A stretch of 64,000 nucleotides of DNA from Nitrospinaceae bacterium (GCA_029261575.1 JAJDBD010000085.1:388-64387), one strand, 5' to 3'; counted from the first letter of the stretch, positions 48,181 through 58,523 are shown. Notes: a model not told the origin generated them from the letters alone. Numbers and translations: made by a program.

Positions 48181-49209
48181 TCAAACGCACATTGACGACG
48201 CCCCGGCCCACTGTATATCTCCCAGATGTTCCCGAGGATTCAGGCGCAGTTCCTTTAAATCAAACCTGCGCTTGAGTTGAGTTATATTTTCCTTTTTGTG
48301 ACCAGTATAAATAGAAATCTCCCGGGAAGGAACCTCAAAAACCGCACGGGAAGGAACTTCGGAAAGTGCGGACAACAACTCCGCCATTTTATCCAGATAA
48401 ATTCTGCATTCCACAAGATACTTTAAGGCGGGATGATGAGGACCGTCCACGATATTTTCGATCAACAACGGTTCGGAGGGCAACCCCAGGCGGATCACGG
48501 GGATTCCATTTTTCTTGAAACGAACCAACGCTTGCTTGCAATTCTGAATCGTCTCCTCGAGTCCCCAGGGCTTGTACCGCCCTTCCCTGTGCATGGTATG
48601 CAAAGCCGTATCCTTAATAACCAGGGCGGGATAAATCCGGACGAAGTCCGGCTTGAACTCGATCGTATCTTCAACCGATTGCAAAAATTTTTCCGCCGTG
48701 TCTCCGGGAAGGCCCGCCATTAATTGCAACCCCAACCGGAAGCCTTTCCGCCTGATCAAATCCACCGCCCTGCGGAACCCGGCCAGGGACCCTCCCCGCC
48801 CGGACTGTTCGAGAACCGAGGCGTCCGTCGACTGAATCCCAAGCTCAATCGTCTTGACAGAAAATGGTTCGAGCAAGTCCAACCCCTCCCGGCTTATGAA
48901 ATCTGGATGAGTGGACAAACGAATGGATTGAATATCTCCCGATTCGATCCAGGGTTGCACCAGCGATAAAAGAAACCGTTGGCGGGACTCCGCCATCCCC
49001 GTAAAAGTGCCTCCGTAAAAGGCCGCCTCGCGGATCGCAAAACTTCCCGGTTTCATGGAATTTAAATAGGTTTCGATAGTTTGCTCGACCCACTCCCTGT
49101 CGGCCCGCTCGCGAACCCCCGCTATATTGTTCTGATCGCAATAGACGCAACGATAAGGACAGGCTTCGTGAGGGATAAAAATGGGAATGATCAGTCTTTT
49201 GGAGGGCAC
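48181..49209 (-). CDS. radical SAM protein (Elp3-like, rnc-associated)
   Basis: CPYRCVYC, FYGGTFT, STHPD, ELGIQS, QLMAGLPG. Confidence 0.9.
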   Translation of the reverse strand: MPSKRLIIPIFIPHEACPYRCVYCDQNNIAGVRERADREWVEQTIETYLNSMKPGSFAIREAAFYGGTFTGMAESRQRFLLSLVQPWIESGDIQSIRLSTHPDFISREGLDLLEPFSVKTIELGIQSTDASVLEQSGRGGSLAGFRRAVDLIRRKGFRLGLQLMAGLPGDTAEKFLQSVEDTIEFKPDFVRIYPALVIKDTALHTMHREGRYKPWGLEETIQNCKQALVRFKKNGIPVIRLGLPSEPLLIENIVDGPHHPALKYLVECRIYLDKMAELLSALSEVPSRAVFEVPSREISIYTGHKKENITQLKRRFDLKELRLNPREHLGDIQWAGASSMCV

Positions 49210-49226
49210 CGTGGGAGGATGGAGAT

Positions 49227-49931
49227 TCAGACGTTGAACTTTTCCAGGGCCTTGCGGGCCGCCGCCTGTTCGGCTTCTTTTTTACTCTTGCCGGAACCCG
49301 TCCCATGGATTTGACTTTTTACGAAAACGGCGACTTCGAATAACTTTTCGTGGTCCGGACCGGATTCTTTTATCACCTTGTAACCGGGAACGCAGACGAA
49401 TTTGTTTTGCGTGTATTCCTGCAGGTCGCTTTTAAAATCATGAAACACGCAATCGTCGGCCACCTTTTCAATCTCAACCTGCAATAACGGGAGCAGAACG
49501 CGGGAAACCTTTTCCAGATTGCCGTCCAGATACAGCGCGCCGGCAAGGGCCTCAAACCCGTTCGCCAAAAGCGAACTTTTGTTTTTTCCTCCGGACAGAT
49601 CTTCGCCTTTTCCAAGATAAAGATAATCGCCCAAGTTGATTTTACGTCCCAGATTGGCCAGACAGGTTTCGTTGACCACGGAAGCCCGGATTTTCGACAA
49701 GGCGCCTTCGCTGTAATCGGGGTATTTTTTGATCATATATTCGCTGACGATCAGGTCCAGAACGGAGTCGCCTAAGAATTCAAACCGCTCGTTGTGTTTA
49801 AGGTTTTCAGAGTTCTCGTTGACGTAGGATTTGTGTGTGAGGGCCTTGACGAGGAGGGGCAAGCTCTGAAACTGGTACCCCAAAACGGATTGAAGCTCGG
49901 TCAATCCCTGCTTACGCGCTTCAGATAACAT
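49227..49931 (-). CDS. rnc: ribonuclease III
   Basis: ALTHKS, NERFEFLGDSVL, dsRBD GKSKKEAEQAAA. Confidence 0.97.
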   Translation of the reverse strand: MLSEARKQGLTELQSVLGYQFQSLPLLVKALTHKSYVNENSENLKHNERFEFLGDSVLDLIVSEYMIKKYPDYSEGALSKIRASVVNETCLANLGRKINLGDYLYLGKGEDLSGGKNKSSLLANGFEALAGALYLDGNLEKVSRVLLPLLQVEIEKVADDCVFHDFKSDLQEYTQNKFVCVPGYKVIKESGPDHEKLFEVAVFVKSQIHGTGSGKSKKEAEQAAARKALEKFNV

Positions 49932-49940
49932 GGAGGAATT

Positions 49941-51179
49941 TTAGTTAGAGACCTGCCGAACGACCAGAACCGCATTGGTTCCGCCAAATCCAAAAGAATT
50001 GGACATTGCGACTTTTATTTTTTTCTCGCGCGCGGTATTGGGCACATAATCCAGGTCGCAGATAGGATCGGGCGTCGTGTAATTGATGGTGGGCGGAACC
50101 GTTCCACGGTCGATAGCCAAAAGAGAATAGATGGCCTCGATTCCGCCTGCGGCGCCTAATAAATGACCTGTCATGGATTTGGTGGAACTGATCCATAAAT
50201 TTTTGGCGTGATGGTTAAAAACTTTTTTAATCGCCATGGTCTCGGTGGCGTCCGCCGCAGTGGACGTTCCGTGGGCGTTGATGTAATCGACTTCGTCTTT
50301 GTTGATTTTCGCGTTTTTGAGCGCCAGTTCCATGCAACGCGCCGCTCCTTCGCCGTCCGGAGACGTCGCCGTCATATGATGAGCGTCGCTGTTCAATCCA
50401 TATCCCAATATTTCACCGTAGATATGGACGCCGCGCTTTTTGGCGCTTTCGTATTCTTCCAGGACCAACACGCCGCAACCTTCGCCCATAACAAAACCGT
50501 CGCGATCTTTATCGAAAGGTCGGCTCGCGCCCTTGGGATCGTCGTTCCGCGTGGAAAGAGCTTTGGCGGCGGCAAACCCTCCAATGCCCAACTCGGTGAT
50601 GACGGATTCGGCGCCGCCGGCGATCATAGTATCCGCCTCGCCGTAACGGATGAGTTTGGCGGCGTCGCCGATAGCGTTTGTTCCGGTGGCGCAGGCGGTC
50701 ACCACGCAGGTGTTGGGACCCTTTGCGCCAAAGGTGATGGATACCTGCCCGGACGCCATATTGGCGATCAGCATCGGAATAAAAAACGGGGTGATTTTTC
50801 GCGGACCCTTTTCAATATAGGTATAAAAGGTTTTTTCCAGAGCGGGCAAACCGCCAAGGCCTACGCCGATCAATACGCCGACGCGATCGGCGTTTTCGTC
50901 GTTGATTTCAAATTGGGAGTCCTTCAGCGCCATGCGGGTACAGGCGATGGCATAATGGATGAACACGTCCATTTTCTTGATTTCCTTGTGCTCAACATGG
51001 TCCTCAGGTTTGAACCCCTTGACCTCTCCGGCAATTCGAACGGGAAACTTTTCCGCATCAAACTTGCTTATGTAATCAATGCCGGATATCCCCCCGCACA
51101 GGGCCTTCCAGTTTTCGTCGACGCCCATCCCTAGCGGGGTGACCATGCCCAAACCGGTAACAACGACACGCCTGTCCAT
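49941..51179 (-). CDS. fabF: 3-oxoacyl-ACP synthase II
   Basis: [32 protein letters not shown]. Confidence 0.97.
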   Translation of the reverse strand: MDRRVVVTGLGMVTPLGMGVDENWKALCGGISGIDYISKFDAEKFPVRIAGEVKGFKPEDHVEHKEIKKMDVFIHYAIACTRMALKDSQFEINDENADRVGVLIGVGLGGLPALEKTFYTYIEKGPRKITPFFIPMLIANMASGQVSITFGAKGPNTCVVTACATGTNAIGDAAKLIRYGEADTMIAGGAESVITELGIGGFAAAKALSTRNDDPKGASRPFDKDRDGFVMGEGCGVLVLEEYESAKKRGVHIYGEILGYGLNSDAHHMTATSPDGEGAARCMELALKNAKINKDEVDYINAHGTSTAADATETMAIKKVFNHHAKNLWISSTKSMTGHLLGAAGGIEAIYSLLAIDRGTVPPTINYTTPDPICDLDYVPNTAREKKIKVAMSNSFGFGGTNAVLVVRQVSN

Positions 51180-51198
51180 ATTCTTCGCCTGAAAAGTA

Positions 51199-51435
51199 TT
51201 AATTAGTGTTGCTTTTAATATGCCCGATAGCGTCTCCCACGGTGGCTATTTTTTCAGCCATTTCGTCGGGGATCTCTATATCAAACTCTTCTTCCAGAGC
51301 CATAACCAATTCCACCGTGTCCAGCGAATCAGCGCCCAAATCTTCCACAAATTTTGCAGTCGGGACAACCTGCTTCTCATCCACGCCCAGTTGATCCACA
51401 ATAATATCTGTTACTTTCTTTTCAATTGAAGACAT
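51199..51435 (-). CDS. acpP: acyl carrier protein
   Basis: [20 protein letters not shown]. Confidence 0.97.
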   Translation of the reverse strand: MSSIEKKVTDIIVDQLGVDEKQVVPTAKFVEDLGADSLDTVELVMALEEEFDIEIPDEMAEKIATVGDAIGHIKSNTN

Positions 51436-51457
51436 TTATATACACTCCTTTAAGAAA

Positions 51458-52198
51458 CTACATTAGCATTCCACCGTTTATATTCAGAACCTGGCCGGTA
51501 ATATAATCTGCTCGATCCGATACCAGGAATAAGACGCCATCCGCAACATTTTGAGAACTCCCCAATTTCCCAAGGGGAATTTTACCCATCAAACCTTCTC
51601 TGATTTTTTCATTCAAGGCGCCTGTCATGTCCGTTTCAATAAAGCCTGGGGCAATGGCATTCACCCTTATACCGCGCGGCGCCGCCTCCAGAGCCATGGT
51701 CTTGGTCAGTCCAATCAAGGCCGCTTTGGAGGCCGTATAATTTGCCTGCCCCGCGTTGCCTGCCTGACCTACGATGGAGCTGATGTTTACAATATTTCCG
51801 CTTCTTTGTTTCATCATTTGTTTTACTGCCAATTGGGAACAAAGAAACGCGCCTTTTAAATTAACCTCCAGTACCTGGTCCCAATCTTCTTCCTTCATTC
51901 GAACCAGCAACCCGTCCTTGGTTATACCCGCATTATTGACCAAAATATCCAGCCTGCCCGCCTCTCCGACAATCAGGTCAAATGCGTTTTGAATATGCTC
52001 CCTTTTCGAAACGTCCAGGCAGATAGCGAAAGCTTTGCCGCCTTTATCCCGTATAGATTTGGCGGTTTCCTCGGCGGTTTCGAGGTTCGTGCCCCCAAGG
52101 TAAACCTGCGCGCCTTGGGAAGCAAGCGTTTCCGAGATTGTTTTACCTATTCCCCTGCCTCCGCCGGTTACCAGGGCTATTTGGTTTTCCAGTTCCAT
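51458..52198 (-). CDS. fabG: 3-oxoacyl-ACP reductase
   Basis: TGGGRGIG, NNAGIT, YTASK, PGFIETDMT. Confidence 0.96.
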   Translation of the reverse strand: MELENQIALVTGGGRGIGKTISETLASQGAQVYLGGTNLETAEETAKSIRDKGGKAFAICLDVSKREHIQNAFDLIVGEAGRLDILVNNAGITKDGLLVRMKEEDWDQVLEVNLKGAFLCSQLAVKQMMKQRSGNIVNISSIVGQAGNAGQANYTASKAALIGLTKTMALEAAPRGIRVNAIAPGFIETDMTGALNEKIREGLMGKIPLGKLGSSQNVADGVLFLVSDRADYITGQVLNINGGMLM

Positions 52199-52217
52199 AA
52201 AAATAGAGCCGGGCCTT

Positions 52218-53162
52218 TTAAGCCAGGGTTCTTAATTCGCTCGCTGTTTTAGCCAGAGATTCCGGATCGCCCACCTGAAAGCATAGAATTTGTTTGGCAA
52301 ATCGCCGCATCAACCCGGAAAGCACTCTTCCGGGTCCAATTTCAACCACAGCCTGAATCCCGTCGTCCACCAGATACTGCATCGTTTCGACCCATCGAAC
52401 CGGGGAGCAAACCTGCTTCACCAACGCCGCTCTGGCCTCAGAACCCGAGGTCACGGCCTGGGCGTCGACGTTGGTAACAACCGGTATGGACAGGTCCTGA
52501 AAATCGGTTTTTTCAAGCTCAATTTGAAGCTTTTGTTCCGCTGTTTTCATCAAGGAACAATGAAACGGGGCGCTGACGGGAAGAACAACAGTCTTTTTGG
52601 CTCCCAGGCGATTGGCTTCCTCCACGGCGGATTCCACGGCTTGCCGGTGACCGGCGACCACGGTTTGTACGGGACTGTTCATATTTGCGGGAGAAACCAG
52701 GTTTTCTGGATTGGAAAGTCTGGCGCAGATTTCCTGAACCGTCTTTAAAGGCAACCCCACAATGGCCGCCATTCCGCCGAGACCCACGGGAACGGCTTCC
52801 TGCATGAATTTCCCTCGTTTATGGACCACCCGGACGGCGTCCAAAAAATCCAAGGCTCCCGCCGCAACCAGGGCGGAGTATTCTCCCAGACTATGACCGG
52901 CGGTCACACGGAATTCTATACCATTTTCCTTCAATGCATTCAAGGCCATTATGCTGTGGACGAGGATAGCCGGTTGAGTGTTTTCCGTCAGATTCAGCTC
53001 GTCTTCCGGCCCTTCCAGGCACAATTTTTCCAAGTCCTTGCCAATGGCCTCTCCGGCCTGATGAAGCATGTCCCTGGCTTGGGGAAGCGACGAAAAAAAT
53101 TCCCCGCCCATGCCAACAAATTGCGAGCCTTGGCCGGGAAATAGAAAAGCAATATTTACCAT
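52218..53162 (-). CDS. fabD: malonyl-CoA:ACP transacylase
   Basis: FPGQGSQ, GHSLGEY, SAPFH. Confidence 0.97.
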   Translation of the reverse strand: MVNIAFLFPGQGSQFVGMGGEFFSSLPQARDMLHQAGEAIGKDLEKLCLEGPEDELNLTENTQPAILVHSIMALNALKENGIEFRVTAGHSLGEYSALVAAGALDFLDAVRVVHKRGKFMQEAVPVGLGGMAAIVGLPLKTVQEICARLSNPENLVSPANMNSPVQTVVAGHRQAVESAVEEANRLGAKKTVVLPVSAPFHCSLMKTAEQKLQIELEKTDFQDLSIPVVTNVDAQAVTSGSEARAALVKQVCSPVRWVETMQYLVDDGIQAVVEIGPGRVLSGLMRRFAKQILCFQVGDPESLAKTASELRTLA

Positions 53163-54157
53163 CGGATGAGCGCCGATCCCCAGGTCAACCCGGCGCCCAG
53201 CCCGGTGATCAAAACCAGATCGCCGTCCTTGACGCGCCCTTCCTCTCTGGATTCGTGCAGGGCGATGGGAATGGCGGCTCCGGCGGTGTTGCCGTACCGG
53301 TTTATATTCACAAAAGTTTTTTCCAACGGCAGGTCCAGGTGTTTGGCGACGGCGTCTATGATGCGCTTGTTGGCCTGGTGAGGAACCATCAGGCTGACGT
53401 CCTCCTTGACCAGTCCATTGAACTCCAGGGCTTCGATCGCCGCCTCGGTCATCCGTTTGACGGCGGATTTAAACGTGGCCCCGCCCGCCATTTTCAAGGT
53501 GTATTGCTTTTGTTCCGCCGCCAGGGAAGAAATCCGCTCGCGTCCAATTCCGCCTGGAACGCATAACATTTCCGCCTTGGATCCGTCGGAGTGAATGTGC
53601 GTGGACAAAATGCCTTTCGGCGACTGGGTTTCTGTTCTTTTCAATATCGCGGCTCCGGCTCCATCTCCAAATAAAATACAGGTGGACCGGTCTTCCCAAT
53701 CCATTATCCTGGAATTCACTTCGCTTCCCACGACGAGGATCGTTTCCAGCCGCCCGCTTTTTAAATATTGCTCGGCGATCGACAATCCGTAAATGAACCC
53801 GGAACAAACCGCCGATATGTCGTAAGCCGCCGCGTTGACCGCGCCCAACCCCTTTTGCACGAAACAACCGGTGGAGGGATACAAAATGTCCGGCGTGGAC
53901 GTGCAAACAATGATCATGTCCAATTGTCCGGCGGCGACGTCGGCTTCCTTCATTGCCTGAAGCGACGCTTTTACCGCCATGGTCGAGGAACTTTCGTCCT
54001 TGGCCGCAATCCGCCTTTCTTCTATTCCGGTCCGGGCGCGGATCCACTCATCGGAAGTTTCCAGAGTTTTTTCCAGATCCTTGTTGGTGAGTATTTTTTC
54101 GGGAAGGTAGGTTCCGGTTCCCACAATTTGAGCTGAAAACGGCGAGCGATGGGTCAT
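53156..54157 (-). CDS. fabH: 3-oxoacyl-ACP synthase III
   Basis: AVCSGF, FGDGAGA, PHQAN, YGNT, GAGLTWG. Confidence 0.96.
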   Translation of the reverse strand: MTHRSPFSAQIVGTGTYLPEKILTNKDLEKTLETSDEWIRARTGIEERRIAAKDESSSTMAVKASLQAMKEADVAAGQLDMIIVCTSTPDILYPSTGCFVQKGLGAVNAAAYDISAVCSGFIYGLSIAEQYLKSGRLETILVVGSEVNSRIMDWEDRSTCILFGDGAGAAILKRTETQSPKGILSTHIHSDGSKAEMLCVPGGIGRERISSLAAEQKQYTLKMAGGATFKSAVKRMTEAAIEALEFNGLVKEDVSLMVPHQANKRIIDAVAKHLDLPLEKTFVNINRYGNTAGAAIPIALHESREEGRVKDGDLVLITGLGAGLTWGSALIRW

Positions 54158-54168
54158 GTCCGGCGGGC

Positions 54169-55338
54169 TTATTTTTCTGGTTTTTCGGTTTTTTCGACTG
54201 CTTTTTCTTCTTCCGGAACCGGCTCAACCTGTTCAGGAATATCAGCGGGGGGTTCATGCCCATTTTCATCATTTTTTGGATTAAAGGCTATCTCCTTGAT
54301 GTGTTTCCAAAAAGTTCCCTTGGCCCAAATCCCAATATCTTCCAAATTGGATTCGATTTCTTCCTGGATATGCTGATTGACTTTTTTATCCACCATCTCG
54401 CGCGCGCGGTTGATGGCGTTCTTAAGGGCTTTTGGGGAGGAACGTCCGTGGGCAATGATGCACACTCCATTAATCCCCAACAAAGGAGCGCCTCCGGTTT
54501 CGGAATAATCCACGGCTTTTTTCTTGCTGTCCAAATGCGGTTTGATGAGCAGGTAACCCAGCTTGCTGAGCCAACTGGCGCGGAACACGCTTTTCAAAAG
54601 TTCGCCGATCATTTCCGCCATGCTTTGGCTGATTTTCAAAGCGATATTGCCAGTAAAACCGTCGCAGACGATGACGTCCGCTTGCCCGCTGTACACGCCC
54701 TTGGCTTCCACATTGCCAATAAAATTAATATGGCAACTTTTGAACATCTTAAAGACGTTTTTAGTCATCTCATTTCCCTTGCCGTCTTCCTCGCCAATAC
54801 TCAAAAGCCCCACACGCGGATTTTCCATTCCCAAAACGTATTTGGCCATCACGTTTCCCATGATTCCGAATTCAAAGAGTTGATTGGCCTTGCAGTCGAC
54901 GTTGGCCCCGGCGTCCAAAAGCAGGGCGGGTCCGTCCAGGGTGGGAAGTTGTACGGCAATGCAGGGGCGGTCCACCCCTTTCATAGTGCGGAGCAAAACC
55001 GAAGAATACGCCAGAACGGCGCCGGTGTTGCCTGCGCTCACAAAAGCCTCGGCCTCGCCGCGCTTGATCAAATCGACGCCGATTTTCATGGAGGATTTTT
55101 TCTTCGATCGTAAAACCTTGGAAGGCGAATCGTCCATTTCAACGACCTCGTCGGCGTGCACCACACGGATGGGCAATTTCGACGCGTCTTCGAATTTGCT
55201 CAGCTCCGCCTGCACCTCGTCGGTTCTACCCGTGAGAATAATTTCCACCTCGGGGTATTCCCGGGCCGCTAAAACTGCGCCCTCGACAATGGCGGAAGGC
55301 GCATTGTCTCCTCCCATAGCGTCAACGACGATTTTCAT
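54169..55338 (-). CDS. plsX: phosphate acyltransferase PlsX with C-terminal extension
   Basis: VDAMGGDNAP, SAGNTGA, DAGANVD, CDGFTGN, AHGRS. Confidence 0.96.
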   Translation of the reverse strand: MKIVVDAMGGDNAPSAIVEGAVLAAREYPEVEIILTGRTDEVQAELSKFEDASKLPIRVVHADEVVEMDDSPSKVLRSKKKSSMKIGVDLIKRGEAEAFVSAGNTGAVLAYSSVLLRTMKGVDRPCIAVQLPTLDGPALLLDAGANVDCKANQLFEFGIMGNVMAKYVLGMENPRVGLLSIGEEDGKGNEMTKNVFKMFKSCHINFIGNVEAKGVYSGQADVIVCDGFTGNIALKISQSMAEMIGELLKSVFRASWLSKLGYLLIKPHLDSKKKAVDYSETGGAPLLGINGVCIIAHGRSSPKALKNAINRAREMVDKKVNQHIQEEIESNLEDIGIWAKGTFWKHIKEIAFNPKNDENGHEPPADIPEQVEPVPEEEKAVEKTEKPEK

Positions 55339-55394
55339 GAACGACCACTCCTTTGCCCAAGCCAGGTCCAACGCACAACAGGCCGACCTGAAAA

Positions 55395-55574
55395 CTAAAC
55401 TTCCTCGACCTCAACGATCTGCTTTCCGTTATAAAAACCTTCCGGCGACATGTGATGAGGTCTACGGGCTTCGCCCGTATCCGGGTCGACGGTGAAGGCG
55501 GGAACCTTTAATTTATCGTGAGACCTTCGATTCTTTTTCCTTGAACGGGACGTCCTTTTCTTTGGAACGGCCAT
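55395..55574 (-). CDS. rpmF: 50S ribosomal protein L32 (59 aa, not in ORF track)
   Basis: MAVPKKRTSRSRKKNRRSH...RPHH..GFYNGK; AGGAGG RBS; canonical position between yceD and plsX. Confidence 0.95.
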   Translation of the reverse strand: MAVPKKRTSRSRKKNRRSHDKLKVPAFTVDPDTGEARRPHHMSPEGFYNGKQIVEVEEV

Positions 55575-55600
55575 GATTCCTCCTAAGATAATATGAAAAA

Positions 55601-56149
55601 TTATTTCAGTTTGTCCTTCAACTCCATCAAAACTTCAAGCCTCGGGTCGACGGCCAGGTCTTTATCGCAATCGCAATTTTCCAGGTTCAAGTCGGCGCCG
55701 CAACGCTGGCACAGTCCCCGGCAATTTTCATCGCACAGGCAAATCGTCGGCAGGTTTAATACGATATGATCGTGAACCGCCTGAGTCAGATCCACCTGAT
55801 TTCCAGAATTTCCAGAATAGGATTCCGCGTCAATGTCGGACGCCTGCAATTCCACCTCGGCTTTCCCTTTTTGGGATTCAGTTCTGGGAGTGAACCGGGC
55901 TGAAACCTTGCAATGCAGGGGAAACCGGATGGAACCCAAACAGCGGCTACAAATCAGGTCGAGAGCGGAAACGATCCGCCCGGACAAGTAAACGTCCTTC
56001 TGGACCTTTTTTAAATTCCCCTCCACATGAACATCGTCGCAGAGAGCGCAATCGGGCTGGTTTAAATTAAAATGGCTCCGTGGCTGAACCTTGGAAAACT
56101 CCAAGCCTTCCAAGGGGATATCGTCAATTTCAAAGACCAGACTAGACAT
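55601..56149 (-). CDS. DUF177/YceD family protein
   Basis: CSRCL, LCDENCRGLCQRCGADLN, DPRL; upstream of rpmF. Confidence 0.92.
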   Translation of the reverse strand: MSSLVFEIDDIPLEGLEFSKVQPRSHFNLNQPDCALCDDVHVEGNLKKVQKDVYLSGRIVSALDLICSRCLGSIRFPLHCKVSARFTPRTESQKGKAEVELQASDIDAESYSGNSGNQVDLTQAVHDHIVLNLPTICLCDENCRGLCQRCGADLNLENCDCDKDLAVDPRLEVLMELKDKLK

Positions 56150-56281
56150 AATTAACGTCAACGGAACCTGCAAACCCAATAAGCCACTGATGTTGGGATT
56201 CTTATGCCGAGGTGATAAGGCTTGAATTTACCTGTAATCACCAGACCAGTCAAGAAAAATCATTCGCTTTGGAGTGAGATA

Positions 56282-57160
56282 TCAGGCTCGCGGATGGTAT
56301 TCGTCGTGTATTTGGCGCATTCGTTCCTGAAGGATGTGCGTATAAATTTGAGTGGTGGAAATATCCGCGTGGCCCAACATTTGTTGAACCGACCGCAAAT
56401 CGGCGCCGCCTTCCAGTAAATGTGTGGCGAAAGCGTGCCGGAGCGTATGGGGAGAAACCTGGATTTTGATTCCAGCCTTCAAGGCGTACCCCTTTATTAT
56501 TTCCCAGAAGGCCTGCCGCGACATTTTCTTTCCCAGACGAGTGACGAACAACTCCCGAGCCACCCGCCCCTTCAATATTACGGGGCGGGCTTTGACAAAA
56601 TAGTCCTCTATAGCCTCGCGCGCCGTTTGGCCGAGGGGAACCGCCCTTTCCTTCCCCCCTTTCCCGAGGGAACGCAGATAGCCGGCTTGCAGATTCAGGT
56701 CGCCGGGAGTCAAATTAATCAATTCGGAAACCCGCAGTCCCGAGGCATAAAGCGTTTCCAGCATGGCTTTGTCGCGAAGTCCGCGCGGATGAGAAAGGTC
56801 GGGCGCGCTTAAAATGGCGTCCACTTCTTCGAAAGACAGGGTTTCCGGAAGCTTTCGCCATTTCCGCGGGGTTTCGAGATTCTCGACCGGACTGGCGTCA
56901 ATTTGTTTTTCGTCCACCAAAAACCGGAAAAAAGATTTTAACGAGGACATACAACGCGCAATAGACGCAGAGGATAATCCCCGCTCCCGAAGCCCTATAA
57001 AATAATGGCGGACATGCTCGGTATCGATCTCGGAAAAAGGCAACGCTTTAACAGCGGACAAAAAACCGGCGACATCCCGGATATAACTTTTTTGGGTGTT
57101 TAGCGAATGTCTTTTTTCGATCAATAAAAAATCGGCAAACTGGGGCAAAAAATCTCTCAT
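56282..57160 (-). CDS. xerD: tyrosine recombinase XerD
   Basis: LYASGLRVSEL, GKGGKER, HTLRHAFATHLL, LGHADISTTQIYTH. Confidence 0.92.
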   Translation of the reverse strand: MRDFLPQFADFLLIEKRHSLNTQKSYIRDVAGFLSAVKALPFSEIDTEHVRHYFIGLRERGLSSASIARCMSSLKSFFRFLVDEKQIDASPVENLETPRKWRKLPETLSFEEVDAILSAPDLSHPRGLRDKAMLETLYASGLRVSELINLTPGDLNLQAGYLRSLGKGGKERAVPLGQTAREAIEDYFVKARPVILKGRVARELFVTRLGKKMSRQAFWEIIKGYALKAGIKIQVSPHTLRHAFATHLLEGGADLRSVQQMLGHADISTTQIYTHILQERMRQIHDEYHPRA

Positions 57161-57383
57161 AAAATAACTTTATAATAATCAAATGGTTACGCGCAAGTTT
57201 TTATTTTATGGACGCATTTTAATTTGCATTTCTAACGCGGATTTTGGATTATTTTCGCTCTAATATAGTAAGTTTATTGAAAATAAAGGCTGTTTGTAGA
57301 TTACGCCAAAATGAGGTACAATCACGCGCCTTAAAACGACATTTATCCCTCTGCGGTTGGAGGGAAGGATTCAATGGGGGAAT

Positions 57384-58385
57384 ATGGAACGTATCACGTT
57401 GGTCCAGCATTTGCGCCGCCAGGAAATGAAAATCCAGGGAGCGTCCGGGGAGTTCACCAGCTTGATGAATGAAATCCTGGTAGCTTCCAAAATCATATCC
57501 GCCGCAGTGAATAAAGCCGGAATCGGCGAGGATATCCTTGGACTGACGGGAAAAACCAATGTCCAGGGCGAAGAGGTTCAAAAGCTGGACGAATACGCCA
57601 ACAAGACTTTTATCAAAATTATCGGCCAGTCGGGGCATGTTTGCGCCATAGCCTCCGAAGAAGACCCCGAGCCTATTTTGATTGCCACCCAGGAGGGTGG
57701 CGGTAAATACATTTTCATGATGGACCCCCTTGACGGTTCCTCCAATATCGACGTCAACGTCAGTATCGGAACCATTTTTTCCATTTACCGGAAAAAGAGC
57801 AAGGGTTCCATGACATTGGACGAAGACCTGCTGCAGCGCGGCGACCAGCAGGTGGCGGCGGGATATATTATTTACGGGTCCAGCACCATGTTTGTTTATA
57901 CCGTCGGAGAGAGCGTGTTTGGTTTTACTCTCGACCCGGAACTGGGCGAGTTTTTCCTGTCCCACGACGACATGAAAATCCCCGAAACGGGCGACATCTA
58001 CAGCGCCAACGAAGGGAATCGTGCCCATTGGAGCGAGGGCCAGAAACAGGTCGTCGAATACTTTAAAGAATCAGACGACGCAACGCGCCGACCCTATAAA
58101 TTGAGATATATCGGCTCGCTGGTTTCGGATTTTCATCGCACCCTGCTAAAGGGCGGAATTTTTATGTATCCCCGGGACGCCACAAGTCCGGATGGGAAGT
58201 TGCGGTTTTCCTACGAAGCGGCGCCTCTAAGTTTCATTGTGGAAAACGCCGGGGGCCGGGCCAGCACGGGCGATCAAAGAATCCTGAGCCTCCAGCCCAC
58301 GCAAATTCATCAAAGGGTTCCCTTGTATATCGGCAGTAAAAAAGACGTTAAAACCGCAGAAGATATTCTAAAAAAATATTCTTAA
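57384..58385 (+). CDS. fbp: fructose-1,6-bisphosphatase class 1
   Basis: NVQGEEVQKLD, SEE, DPLDGSSNID, RYIGSLVSDFHR, GKLR. Confidence 0.96.
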   Translation: MERITLVQHLRRQEMKIQGASGEFTSLMNEILVASKIISAAVNKAGIGEDILGLTGKTNVQGEEVQKLDEYANKTFIKIIGQSGHVCAIASEEDPEPILIATQEGGGKYIFMMDPLDGSSNIDVNVSIGTIFSIYRKKSKGSMTLDEDLLQRGDQQVAAGYIIYGSSTMFVYTVGESVFGFTLDPELGEFFLSHDDMKIPETGDIYSANEGNRAHWSEGQKQVVEYFKESDDATRRPYKLRYIGSLVSDFHRTLLKGGIFMYPRDATSPDGKLRFSYEAAPLSFIVENAGGRASTGDQRILSLQPTQIHQRVPLYIGSKKDVKTAEDILKKYS

Positions 58386-58438
58386 GGGCGCCTCTAAAAA
58401 TCAATCCTGACTGTAAACGCCGGGATAGCATATTGATT

Positions 58439-58506
58439 TGCAAACTCACCAAGGCTTGTACGTTACCCGTATAGGACGCCCAACTGCCTCCAGGCGCTTG
58501 CCTGGC
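58439..58506 (+). repeat. dispersed ~70 bp intergenic hairpin repeat, copy 2
   Basis: colinear homology with 26768-26838. Confidence 0.85.
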
Positions 58507-58523
58507 CGGCAGTCTTCTTTTTC
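58483..58523 (+). terminator. intrinsic terminator-like hairpin between fbp and hisS
   Basis: ACTGCC-T-CCAGGC-GCTT-GCCTGG-CC-GGCAGT followed by CTTCTTTTTC. Confidence 0.55.

Noticed and set aside
56282-57383. Tyrosine recombinase as a mobile-element integrase, or a dif site nearby
   Set aside because: Motifs are those of housekeeping XerD and the flanks are core genes. No dif-like 28-mer was seen, only an IHF-consensus match at 57177-57189.
381-57560. Long antisense or alternate-frame ORFs (e.g. 381-1451, 15984-16898, 50208-51134, 54256-55113, 57249-58028)
   Set aside because: They shadow well-supported genes, lack motifs, and are explained by codon bias on the opposite strand.
58459-58493. 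Loose resemblance of TACGTTA..ATAGG..TGCCTCCAG to HEARO/omega RNA
   Set aside because: Too short, not retained in copy 1, and there is no IscB/TnpB nearby; would need cmscan support.
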